Below, piece after piece: positions 1 through 11,241 of a stretch of DNA of 37,970 bases. This stretch comes from Jimgerdemannia flammicorona (taxonomy: Eukaryota), in contig RBNJ01000172.1 of the NCBI GenBank assembly GCA_003990765.1, positions 1-37,970 on the forward strand, written 5' to 3'. Within the stretch, counting starts at the first letter, position 1. Each line of letters begins with the position of its first letter. The notes beneath the pieces were generated by a model. It made no database searches. It saw nothing but the letters and a program-made list of their open reading frames with translations, and was not told the origin of the DNA. The translations under genes and the position numbers were made by a program.

Positions 1-163
1 GTCAAATTTGACTATAAAAAAATTTTTAATTTTTAATTTTTTTTTTAACTTAATATTTATTATAAAATTATAAAAAAAAAAAATTGAAAAAAGTTAGAAA
101 GTTGATTTTCTTTTGATTTTTATAATATTTTTATAGTAGTTTTTTTTTGTAGCCAAATTCAGC
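1..163. repeat. Degenerate AT-rich inverted repeat / foldback element, left arm cut by the window edge
   Basis: 1-22 gtcaaatttgactataaaaaaa matches the reverse complement of 142-163 (gctgaatttggctacaaaaaaa). All mismatches are C/T or A/G transitions. Confidence 0.45.
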
Positions 164-727
164 TATATTACAGAGTAAGAGATAGTATATTAACTAAGAA
201 TGTTTTATTCTTATTTAACTATCTGGGTTATTTATATAAGTTAGTACAGCAGGGCCATCCTAGTTATGTACCTAGTATATCTGATATAGTATATAGCTAA
301 ATTATATAGTAACTAATTTAGATCATAATTTAGTATATTTTTCTATTAACTTATTATAATATATAGATAAAAAATAAGTAACTTTAATATAATAACTATT
401 TATTTAATATAAAGAAATATAGTTATATTTCTTTAATTACTATTAGAATTTCTAAATTTAAAAATAATATATATATTATAATTTTTTAATAAATTATATA
501 TAAAATTTTAATATTTTCTAAATATAAATTTATATTATTTTAAAAGAATTAGTATATTTTAATTAGAGATTACTATTTATACATTAATATTGTTTTTTTA
601 TACTAAAAGTTTCTTATTATATGTTATTCTAGTCATTCTAGTTTTTTGCATTTCTTTGCCAATTACTTAGGTTACATCTAGTATTGAAATATGCAACTCG
701 AGTAATGAGCAATTTGTGGCTTATATG

Positions 728-776
728 AAACGTCATCATTAAACGTCATCAATTAGCAACGCGTAAGAACGCGTAA
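728..776. promoter_or_regulatory. Cluster of two CRE-like (ACGTCAT) and two MCB-like (ACGCGT) motifs
   Basis: aaacgtcatca at 728 and 741; aacgcgtaa at 758 and 768. The cluster lies at the point where CpG-poor DNA switches to CpG-containing DNA. Confidence 0.35.
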
Positions 777-2076
777 CTTGTGTATCAAAGTAATCCAGTA
801 ATTCGACTATACCACAAATTACCAATGCGTTGACACGCCAGATATAATCGACATCTTGTGGTTTCGTAGTAAGAGAGTGACATAAGAGATTTAACATGCA
901 TGTAATTACCTGGCCTTGATTAATAATTTCATTTGACGTTTAAGGATTCCTTGCGAGCCTTGCAGGTGGCCTGCAATATAGAAACATACGACAGTGAGAA
1001 ACGCCATGCAAACCTGTCAAGCACCCGTGTTCCCAGGAATACGATTAGTTTGCAGTATATACGTCATGCAATGCAGAATGTTCGGTGGGTTTCGGGTGAC
1101 GTTGCCTGGTTCGCCAAAAATTTTAACTGGCAAACTCCTGGGTTAATCCCAGATGGTTCGCACAGGTATAAATAGGCTCAGTGATTTGGTACTTTTTTCT
1201 GCATACAATGAAATGCATAGGCTTTCAGATTTATACTGGACTGTATGTAGCCCTTTGCATAAGAAGGCTTCCAGGCTTAAAAACCTGAAAGGCAAAATGG
1301 GTTCGAAAAAGGAGACCCCGGGCCAATGGCGCTCGTTTGTGGCATACGTTCCCAACCTTCTTTAAAATTAGAATTAAACGAAAAAATTCGAAAAACTTGT
1401 TTTCAATAGCGGAAGGAAGATGTATTTCATCTATTCCTTTGGCCTGCTGCTTTATGTGGACCCCAAAATGGATATACGAACAGTCGCAGTCTAAGCCTCA
1501 ACAACTTGTTTTCATTGCGCGTCCCAAGTTTTACTCCCAAGCCCTCCTCAACGAGAACTAACTCAGGCACCTCGTCTACCATCGTCAGTGTATCGCCGAA
1601 CCCTGGAGATTACCGAAAGCATTGCGTTCGACGCGAACATTCGTTTATAGCGAGAATCCCAACACCACGAGGTTGTCGAAGGGAATTCATAGTGTGTGTT
1701 TCGGAAAGTGAACTTCTATGCCCATAATTGCGGATGTATACAGTCCTTCATTCTCTCTCCCATTACTCTACAAGACATCCCGACAGCCCGATTCGCGGAC
1801 AACCAGTTCCACTCCTTCAGCTGCGCTGGCTTCAGCATCGCTGGCTCCAGCATCGAACACCGCTGTGCACCTCATTGGCAGTCTCGTCGATAAGAGAGGG
1901 TTGGGGTATGGTACGAGGTGGAGGTGGAGGAACAGGTACCGTTTTAGATTCGCTTTTGTTTGGCGCGTAGCTTTGTGGGTTTCCGGTCGTTAAATGAATT
2001 TCCAATCCTCTTCAGATGGTCAACACTCTTCGCCAATATCTCATCACAACACTTTTTTTTTTTTTTTATTTTTTTT

Positions 2077-5000
2077 AACCCAGTCCTATTTGTCAAGAAA
2101 AAGGATGATACTCTGCAAATGTGCATAGACTACTAAGTACTCAACAAGATCACAGTCAAGAACCATTACATACTACTGCTTATAGATCAAATCTTTGATG
2201 CTCTCAAAATACAAAGTACTTCACCAAGATTGATCTCACCTCTGGGTATCACCAAATTCGAATCAAGCCAGAAGACATACCCAAGACTGCCTTCATGACA
2301 TCCTTTGGACTTTATGAATTTCTAGTTATACCAATGCACTAGCAACCTTTCAAGATCTCATGTAAGCTGTCTTCAAGGATCAGCTTTATATCTTTATACT
2401 TATATATATTGATGACATCCTGATCTTCAGTAGTACTGAAGAAGAATATCTCAAGTACATTGAACAAGTCCTCAAGATTCTCTGTGAGAACAAGCTCTAT
2501 GCAAAGCTCAAGAAATGTGAATTTTTCAAGGATCAAGTCAAATACCTTGGATACATTGTATCAGCTAAAGGAATTCAAGTAGACCCAAAGAAAATACAAG
2601 CCATTGAACAGTGGCCTGTACCAGCAAACCTCACTAAACTCAGGTCCTTCCTTGGTCTGGCTGGATACTACCATCGATTTATCAAGAACTTCTCTAATAT
2701 TGCAGAATCTTTGACAAATCTCCTGTGAAAAGAACCCAACTCTGACCTCTATGTCCTCTACATCTGAGATGCTTTCTGTCAACAAGCTTTTCAAGAACTC
2801 AAGAACCACCTGACCCATGTACCTATCCTGAGAAACATGGACCTAAACTTGAAGTTCATGGTTACTACAGATATATCTAACTTTGCCATTGGTGTAGTCA
2901 TTTCTCAAGATGATGGTCAAGGACACCAACCTATTGCCTTTGAGTCAAGAAAATTGTCCCCAGTGGAACAAAAGCTGGCTACTCATGAAAAGGAACTCCT
3001 GGCAATCATGTATGCCCTCAAGACCTGGCAATACTATCTAAAAGGAGTTGAGTTTGATGTGATTACCAATTACAGATCCCTTCAGTACATCAACACTCAA
3101 TCAACCCTTTCTCACCAACAAGCCAAGTGGAGTCAACTGCTTCAGACCTTTATCCCAAACATCATCTATAAGCCTGGCAAAACTCTAGTTGTACTAGATG
3201 CACTATTAAGAAGACCTGATCTTACTATGATCTTATAAGTCACCATGGTACCTAAATTCCTCAATCAGATCAAGAAGGCATACAAACAAGACTCTCTGGT
3301 TCTACAAAGGAATATCAAAGAATTCAAGAAAAAGTACACTATCAAGGACAACCTCATGTACTATCAAGACAAAATATATATTCCTACCAACCCTGAACTA
3401 TAATACAAGATTCTTTATGAACATCATGACTCTCCACTAGCTGGTCACCTTGGAACTGAGAAGACTATCAAGAATATCCAACAAGACTACTACTGGCCAA
3501 ACATGCTCAAGGAAATCAAGGAGTATGTCCAAAGCTACAATCTTTGCCAAAGAAATAAGTCAAGCAATTAAGTACCTGCTGGTCTTCTATAACTCTTGTC
3601 AATTCTGACTAAGAAGTTTGAACAAGTCACAATGGACTTCATTGTGCAACTCCCATGAACCAAAACAGGCTATGATGCTATTATTGTATTTGTAGACTAT
3701 CTTACCAAGATTACAATCGCCAAGCCAACCACAACCAATACCACTGTCTCAGAAATTGCAAGAATCTTCTTCAAGACTGTCTTCCACCATTATGGACTTT
3801 TCTAAGTAATTATCAGTAACCACAATCCCAAGTTCACAAGTCACTTCTAGCAAGTACTCTTTAAGACCCTTGGAACCCAAATTACTATGTCTACTGCCTT
3901 CCATCCTCAAACTGATAAATAGACAGAGCAAATGAATAGAACACTTGAACAAATGCTCAGAAACTATGTGTCTTATAAGCAAGATGATTGGGACTACTAT
4001 CTGACCTATGCTGAGTTTGCTTACAATAACACCAACCAATCATCAACTGGCCTTTCTCTATTTCAGCTACTTCATGGTCAAAACCCTGAGACCCCTGCAA
4101 GCCTAGTCTCATTCCAGCAATCCAGTTATACACAAGTCCCCACAGCCCAGAACCTTATTGACAAAATGGATTCCCTTCTCAAGATTGCCACTACAAACCT
4201 ACAAAAGACTCAGTAATATCAAGCTAAGTATGCAGATAAGAAGTGGCAAGATATCATATACAACATTGGTAATATAGTTCTACTCAAAGCCAATAACATC
4301 AAGGCTCAATCTTAAGTCAACTACCAGTCAGCCAAATTCCAGCCCAAGTATCTTGGACCCTTTGAGATTACTGAGCAAGTCTCTACCTGGTCTTACCACC
4401 TCAACTTGCTAATAACCATACATATATATTCAGTATTTCATATATCACAACTTAAGGCCTGGAATTAGTCACCTCTATATTCTGGCCAAATTCTAACACC
4501 ATCAGTATCAGTCATAGTTGAAGACTACATTGAGTATAAAGTTGAGAAAATCTTAGACAAGTGAGTCTGATACTATTGCACAGAATATCTAGTCAAGTGG
4601 ATGGGTTATCCTGAATATGATACTACCTGAGAACCTGCTGCCAATCTCAAAAACTCTTGAGATCTCATCTAAGAGTTTGAGCAAAAAGGAACTCATTGAC
4701 TGCCCATGAGGTTCTTCTCTTAGATAGTAGACGACCTACTGTGCTGATCAGATATATTATACATTGGGGCTCTCTAAGAGATACAGTATCAGAAACAAGA
4801 GATATAGGAAAATCCTATAAATCCTACAACCAATAAGGTTCAAACCAGTTCTTATCCAATCAAGATAATACTTTAGTCCTCACCTTATACAAGAATGGCC
4901 AATCCTTGTCAATGAGTTGATATGTACATTTAATTTGAAGTTTATTTTAGTCTTACTATTTGTTATGTATAACTTTGAGAATTCAATGAGGATGTTGATT

Positions 5001-5408
5001 CTTAAGGAGGGGGAGATATAATACTTTAGTATAGTTTATTTCTTTTCTCTGTCTTTCTTAAATATTCTATAACCTTCCAGCACTTTTCACGTACTTAGAA
5101 ATCCCCTTCTTGGTACCAAGCATTAACTAGTACTTATTTAGCTAGTTATGGAATATCCTGAAAACTTGTAGAACTTTATTTGTCATCATTTATCATCTTT
5201 GCTGAGAACTTTCTCTTGATATTTTCTTTTGATTTCTCAGATTCTTCCAGATCCTTCCTTCAGATCTTATATAAATATCTCTGAATAAAGTCTCAGAATA
5301 TTTTCTCTCAGAAATTCTTCAAAAACACTTAAATTCTTAGTATCTCTTTGAGTTACTTAGAACTACTAGAATTAGTCACTTCCTCATTTAGAAACTAAAA
5401 CTATTACA
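2077..5408 (+). mobile_element. 5'-truncated, degenerate Ty3/gypsy chromovirus (RT-RNase H-integrase-chromodomain, PPT, 3' LTR)
   Basis: PVLFVKKKD...MCIDY at ~2080; YIDDIL at ~2405; RNase H TDISNFAIG...EKELLAI (2837-3238); HHCC zinc finger ~3420-3550; integrase core with NRTLEQMLR; chromodomain EYKVEKILD..EYLVKWMGYPEYDTT*EP at ~4530-4680; PPT aaggagggggaga 5004-5016. Many TAA/TAG/TGA stops. Confidence 0.95.
5017..5408 (+). repeat. 3' LTR of the chromovirus (~392 bp)
   Basis: Starts immediately after the PPT with tataata (TG>TA-mutated tgtaata) and ends with the inverted terminus tattaca at 5402-5408. Confidence 0.8.
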
Positions 5409-7200
5409 ATTGGTTACAATTATTTTGAAAGTATTAGAAATTACTTACTTAAGAATAGTCTTCTATCATGAGTCCACAGTAATGTAAAGAGAATGCTATA
5501 GTGAAAAACCAAGATGGTTATCAATATCAATATTACTACTGCTATTAAAAAGTTTATGATTTATCTAGTTCAGTCAGAAATATTAATTACATAACTCAAT
5601 CAATTATCTTTTTACCTACAGAAATAAGCTATAAGTCTATTTACTATAACTTTATAGCTGATTTAGAAGAAGATAGTAAATTATATATTCTGAAGTACAT
5701 ATAATGTATTCTATAAATTATGATATCAACTAACTCTATATATTCAAGTCATGAGTCCTTGAATTGATTTAAGTAATACCTGTCAACATTTGCTAAATGA
5801 CTTATAATTTAAAGTCCATAAAGAAGAAGAGGCTCAAGACTTATTAAAGAGATATAAAGAACATCTGGCCAAAGCTAAGTTAGAGTGAAATTATTATAAC
5901 AAAAATATCAAATTGGCCAAAGAATACTAAAATCTCATTGACTAGAATTATTCTATGCTAAATGATGAGATACAATATAGTAGTATTGATATAGTTGCCT
6001 ATTATAGTTATAATTGAGCTCAAAATATCCATATATCTCATTTAGATCAATAAATTAATAAAGTGTATTATCTTAGTACTTACAAGATACATTTGTTTGG
6101 TATCTAGAATAAAGCAGTGTATGAGCAAATTAATTACATGTAGATGAGAATGAACTCCTTAGGAAAGGTCTGAATAGTATGCTTAGTCTGGTCTTTGATG
6201 AGATTAAGCAGTTGAATAAAGGTGAGAAGTATTTGAAAGTTATCTGCAACAATACAAATAGACAAAATAAAAACAATACTACTCTTTGGTTTTACTTATA
6301 TTTGGTAATAAGTAGTTATTATGAAAATATTGAACTGAACTTCATGGTTTCTGGTCATACTAAATTCAAGTATAATAGTAGCTTCAGATTAATCAAAAGG
6401 TTTTATTGCAAAACAATAGTAGATTGTATAGATCACATCATAGATATAGTGAAAAGGTCTAGTATCACTAAACTAAACAGAGCTTAACATTATAATAGTG
6501 ATAAAGGTTTTCAATATTATGATATCATAAGTAGCCTAGAAACTTATTTTAAAAAATTGCCTAGCTTACAAAAGTTTCAGCACTTTCTTTTTACTAGTAC
6601 TAATCCTGGAATAATCAAAGCTCAAGAAGTCATGAATAGTCTTTCTCAAGAATTCAAGTTATTGAAGACTAGTAAATCTATAACTCCTTAAGCATAGAAA
6701 AAATCAGAGCTTTGTCATTTCTAGTACTTAAGCCTCTTCTTATAGAATTAAAATACCAGGAGTACCTCTGTAAGATATTTCCATATCCACCAACTATTTT
6801 TCTCTCTCTGATATCTTTGTATCACTTCTATACAACTGCTGTATAATCCAGAATATTTTTAGAATCTTTTCTGTCACTGTTTCCTTATTTTAGGTTACAT
6901 ATTATTAGTTCTTCTTATACTATTTTTAGTCACATTTATTTTTGTTTCCTTGATCTTCTATACTTTTCCTTTTTTTGTATTTATAAATATTCTGACTCTC
7001 TCAGAGTGATTCTCCAGCTCTTTTTCATTTGGCTCAATAAACTGAACTTTGTTCAGAGTTCAGAAATCTTCCAGAATTTCTTCAAGATCTATCTTCATAT
7101 TCTGAACCCTCACAACCTCTATCACAGTATTCATTTATTTGTTAGAGACCAATTTAAAGATATTACTTACTCAAGACCAACTTATAATGATAATAAATAA
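5409..7200 (+). mobile_element. Degenerate Sola-like DDD/E DNA transposase (pseudogene), interrupted by LTR insertions
   Basis: CNNTNRQNKNN (degenerate DNCxGQNKN) and FMVSGHTKF motifs in ORF 6179-6487; (R)VHSN-like motif near 5470. After removing the solo LTR, the C-terminus reads QEYLYHSIHLFVRDQFKDITYSRP...NK*. The family call rests on remembered motifs. Confidence 0.75.
6769..7114. mobile_element. Solo LTR (346 bp) with 5-bp target-site duplication
   Basis: Begins TG (tgtaag) and ends CA (ctcaca). Flanked by perfect ACCTC direct repeats at 6764-6768 and 7115-7119; excising it restores the transposase frame. Confidence 0.9.
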
Positions 7201-7343
7201 AGTATTTTTAAAAAAAAATTCAATCATCTCTTGTTAATATCACTAAGTTTAATAAGTTGTCTTTTGTAATTATTACTAGCTTTTTCTACTTTTAAAGTAA
7301 AATTATTGTATACTGAATAAAAATAAATAATAATAAAAAAGAA

Positions 7344-8201
7344 ATGGTAAATATTATAAAAGCTCAAAAGCAGGAAAACAAAGTACTAATAAATGAAATT
7401 GAAGCATTAAAAAAGTAATTAGTAGATAAAGAAAAAGAAAAGAAATAATCTGAAAATAAACTCAAGTAAAGAATTTGACACTTTGTTAATTACTGAAAAG
7501 TAAAATCAGTAATAGTACCAATGATGTTATTCCAATGAGAATAGAGAGGTTTAATAAATAAAGATAACATAAGTAAAGATGGAGAGGAAATTAAGGAGGT
7601 TGACTTAGATAAATTTGAAATAGATGATATATATATTATATAATGTTCTTTATTTTGATATTTTTAATTTAGAAGTTATTCATATAAAAGCTAAGAAAAA
7701 GATTGAAGAGTTAGAAAAGAATAACAAATGATTAAGCAGAAGGTTTTAAAAGAGAGGATACTCATGTTGAAACTATGTGAGAAGTAGTTGGTAAAGCTGA
7801 GGAAGAACTTAGAGAAAAAATTAATTGTCTTAAAAGTCAAAATAAGTAATTAATAAATAAGATAGAAGAACAACTAGTCTTGCTGGAAAAATATGATAAG
7901 AAGATTAACAATCAAGAAAAACAAATTGAAAAATTACAAAAAGACCTAGAAACTAATAAAAGAGAAAAAGTTGAAGCACTAGACAAACTTAACAAAAGGC
8001 TTGAAAAAGAGATAGCAAAAAGTCAAGAGTTAGAAAAGAGATTATGTCTTTATGAGAAGTCTTTACCTTCTATATCTAAGAAAGAAAATAAGTTTGAGTA
8101 ATTTTGAAACAAAATTAAAACTAACTTTCATTATTCACTAGAAAAAAAAGAAATAACAAGAAAGTAAATTTATTACTCAAATAGAAGTTAAAGTCAAGTA
8201 A
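7344..8201 (+). pseudogene. Decayed K/E-rich coiled-coil gene(s) resembling Mollicutes-related endobacterial (MRE) proteins
   Basis: Intronless and strongly A-rich. Reads MVNIIKAQKQENKVLINEIEALKK... and ...EKSLPSISKKENKFE*F*NKIKTNF...FITQIEVKVK*, with stops and frameshifts. The 'QIEVK' C-terminus is recalled as typical of MRE proteins. Confidence 0.6.
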
Positions 8202-8203
8202 TT

Positions 8204-8852
8204 GTGAGGAAACTTCTTTATTTAGTTCTAGAACTAAAAGAATGAAATAATAGAGGAAGTTGTTATTTTTGTTCTAACAAAGCTACTTGTCAAATTAGAA
8301 CTTATAGTAAAGTAGTGAGAAAATAATTGCTAATAATAAGACTTATAAAGAATACAGAGAAAAACTTGAAAACAATGAACTACCAAAGTATGAGAGATGT
8401 GGAAGATTATAAACTAAATCAGATATTGATTTCAGTAGTGGTAAATATGTTTGTGATTGTATTAGATATAATAAAGATACTGAGGAAAAAGAACTCCCCA
8501 TTTTATCTTATAAATAAAGATCTAATACTTTCTATGAAAGACAAATAAACTCTCTGCAAGAGCAGTTAAATGAAGCTGAGTGAACTATCCATGAAGAATG
8601 AGAAGCCCATGAAGATTTCATGAAAACTTCTAAGGAGTGAAGTAAAAGACAAAAGTAAGAGTTATTAGACAAAATTAAGCAACAACAAGCAGAGATTGAA
8701 CATTTAAAAATACTAACTCCTCAAGATCTGATTAATGAAATAAAATTTTACAAGAAGTTGCTTGATTAAAAACTCAGTTAGAAAAATTGAATTCTCAACA
8801 GAGTGCTCAAATTGAGGTTGAAAGGTGATCTTGATTGAAAGTTAGGAAGTAA
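8204..8852 (+). pseudogene. Second decayed MRE-like gene (Cys motifs plus coiled coil), best read with TGA=Trp
   Basis: GTG start 2 nt after the previous TAA. Reads (code 4) VRKLLYLVLELKEWNNRGSCYFC...ERCGRL...GKYVCDCIRY...FYERQINSLQEQL...SAQIEVERWSWLKVRK*, with frameshifts and TAA stops. Confidence 0.6.
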
Positions 8853-8891
8853 TTTGAGCAAAAACAAAAATCTTCGAGCCTGATGCCTGAA

Positions 8892-8899
8892 TGACGTCA
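8892..8899. promoter_or_regulatory. Palindromic CRE/ATF-type site TGACGTCA upstream of LIP5
   Basis: Exact TGACGTCA about 110 bp before the LIP5 ATG. Function is inferred only. Confidence 0.35.
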
Positions 8900-9006
8900 A
8901 ATGTTCACTTTGTCTGGTTTTGTTACAGCACGCCCCATATATAATTATGGCTGGCGATAAGCAGAAATTTCAGACTGCTTCTTCTGTCCCCAATCCCCCA
9001 ACACAA

Positions 9007-10574
9007 ATGGCTTCCCTACGAATTTTCTCGGCCCACGTCGCTCCTCTCGCCATCACAAGAAGAGCCACCGCTATCGCATGGGTAATTACTACAAGAACAA
9101 GAATATAAACCTGGCCCATGTGCCAACTTGATTCTGAACCTTGGACTTACCGTTCATAGACTCAAGCTCGCACACATGCGACTACCGTCTCCGACACACC
9201 GTCTGCACCTACAAGCTCGCAATCATCGAAGGGGAAACTCTTCGAATTCTCGAAACGCCTAGCTAATGGGCCGGCATTCGGCGATTTCGTGAACCAAGGC
9301 GACGACAACCTATCGCCCGAAGAGGCTCTGGAGCTGAAAGAGACTGTTGTGGACGCAGCAAAAGGGGTGCAGAGCAAGAAACCGTAAGTTCGCTCACTGC
9401 CTTTTTATAAGTGTTAGGATTGGCACGTCTCAACGACGCCAAAGCTTGTTTGCAAAAGGAGTTCGTCGTACAGCAACCGACCGTCCCGACTGACAAACAA
9501 CCCTCTCCACAACACAACCAAACATAGCAAGCAACCGCGCCTCCCGCCCTGGCTCAAGACTGATATTCCCGTGGGTCAGAACTTCACGCGTATCAAGAAG
9601 GACCTTCGCGGGTTGGGCCTGCATACCGTCTGCGAGGAGGCGCGATGCCCCAACATCGGCGACTGCTGGGGCGGTGGTGAGCATCAGACCGCTACAGCAA
9701 CAATCATGCTCATGGGCGACGAGTGCACCCGCGGCTGCCGCTTCTGCTCCGTTAAGACAAACCGCAACCCCAAGCCGCTCGACGTGCACGAGCCAGAGAA
9801 CACCGCTGAGGCCATCAGACGGTGGGGGCTGGATTACGTGGTGTTGACAAGCGTGGATAGGGACGATTTGGCGAATGGAGGTTCCGCGCATTTCGCGGAA
9901 ACGATTATGAAGATCAAGCAGAAGTAGGTGTTGTGGATTTCGGCGTACCTTGCGATGTCCATTACGGTACATTTGGTCATGTTTAGAATATCTAATATTC
10001 ACATTTAGCCCGCCAACCCAGGGCCCCGCACATCCTCGTTGAATGCCTCACGGGCGACTTCGGTGGCAACCTCACCGGTGTCGCCACTGTTGCCTCCTCG
10101 GGCCTGGACGTGTACGCGCACAACATCGAGACCGTCGAGGCGCTGACACCGCATGTGCGCGACCGGCGCGCGACCTTCCGGCAGTCACTTCGTGTCCTGG
10201 AGCACGCCAAGCGGGTGCGCCCTGACTTGGTGACCAAGACATCCATCATGCTCGGGTGCGGTGAAACCGACGACGAGGTACAGCACGCTCTGGAGGAGCT
10301 GCGAAAGGTAGAAGTCGATTGCGTCACGATGGGACAGTACATGCGCCCCACCAAGCGCCACATGAAGGTGCACGAATACGTTACCCCCGAAAAGTTTGAC
10401 ATGTGGAGGTTGATGGGCGAGGAGATGGGCTTCAAGTACGTGGCCAGCGGGCCGTTGGTGAGGAGCTCGTATAAGGCGGGCGAGTTCTATATCTCGAACA
10501 TTTTGAAGGCGAGGAAGGTGGCGAGGGCGGTGGAGGAGGTGCAAAAGGTCAACGGGGAGGAAGTGACCGTCTGA
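9007..10574 (+). CDS. LIP5: Mitochondrial lipoyl synthase (radical SAM), 4 exons: 9007-9081, 9160-9383, 9528-9923, 10022-10574
   Basis: [19 protein letters not shown] (CX4CX5C); CTRGCRFC (radical SAM CX3CX2C); [22 protein letters not shown]-terminal RSSY. GT-AG introns join in frame; Arg/Ala-rich N-terminal targeting peptide. Confidence 0.97.
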
Positions 10575-11241
10575 GAACTTGATGACATATGTTCCTGGTT
10601 GTATAAAAAACCCACTATCATGTTCTCATGTTAGAGTGGATTGCGAATTATAGAACTATTTGTACGGGTCTAGAAATAATAATACGCCCGGAAACTCGCA
10701 CACCCAATTTTTTGAGATGCATCGAGATAAACTCGTCCCAATCGAATTGAATCTAGAACCTTGACTGAATTCACATTAATATCTGGATCGAGGTGGCACT
10801 ACATCCAACTTCGTGCGTTTGTTCGATACCCCTTATTGAAGTGCCATCACCACGAAACCTGACCGGATCTCGTCCGAATAACGGGTATGTAGTAAAAGCG
10901 AACCCAATAGATATTGAAATCGAGAACCGCAACATAGAGCACCAAATATGGACGCAACTGTCGCCAATATCGCCAAATTTGAAACGCGGGCAAAACGAAA
11001 ACGTGAACTTTATACATTACGACGCAATGCAAGCTAAAACGGCGGTGAATCTGCCCTTCCCACCCTCTGCAGCCGTTCGCGAGCCCTCACATTCATTTAT
11101 ACGACTTTCAAAGCAACGATCTCATTTTAGCTTCACTTCAGATTCCACTAAACCATTCCAGCCTCGCATTCCCGACTTCCGGCCAACAATCAGTGTAGCA
11201 GATCCTCCCCACTTTCCCACTCAGCCCACATGTTGGTAACA

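Noticed and set aside
7344..8852. Live bacterial contamination as the explanation for the MRE-like segment
   Set aside because: Disfavoured but not excluded: numerous stops, frameshifts and complete CpG loss match the host repeat decay, and it is contiguous with a fungal TE and LIP5.
9430..10544. Long minus-strand ORFs (190, 147, 119 aa) over LIP5
   Set aside because: Antisense shadows of a GC3-biased gene with no independent motifs. The same applies to shadow ORFs over YIP4, ALG12, the NADH dehydrogenase and 14146-14733.
10793..11239. 148-aa + strand ORF between LIP5 and YIP4
   Set aside because: No ATG at the called start, no recognisable motif or codon bias; it lies in convergent 3' UTR space.
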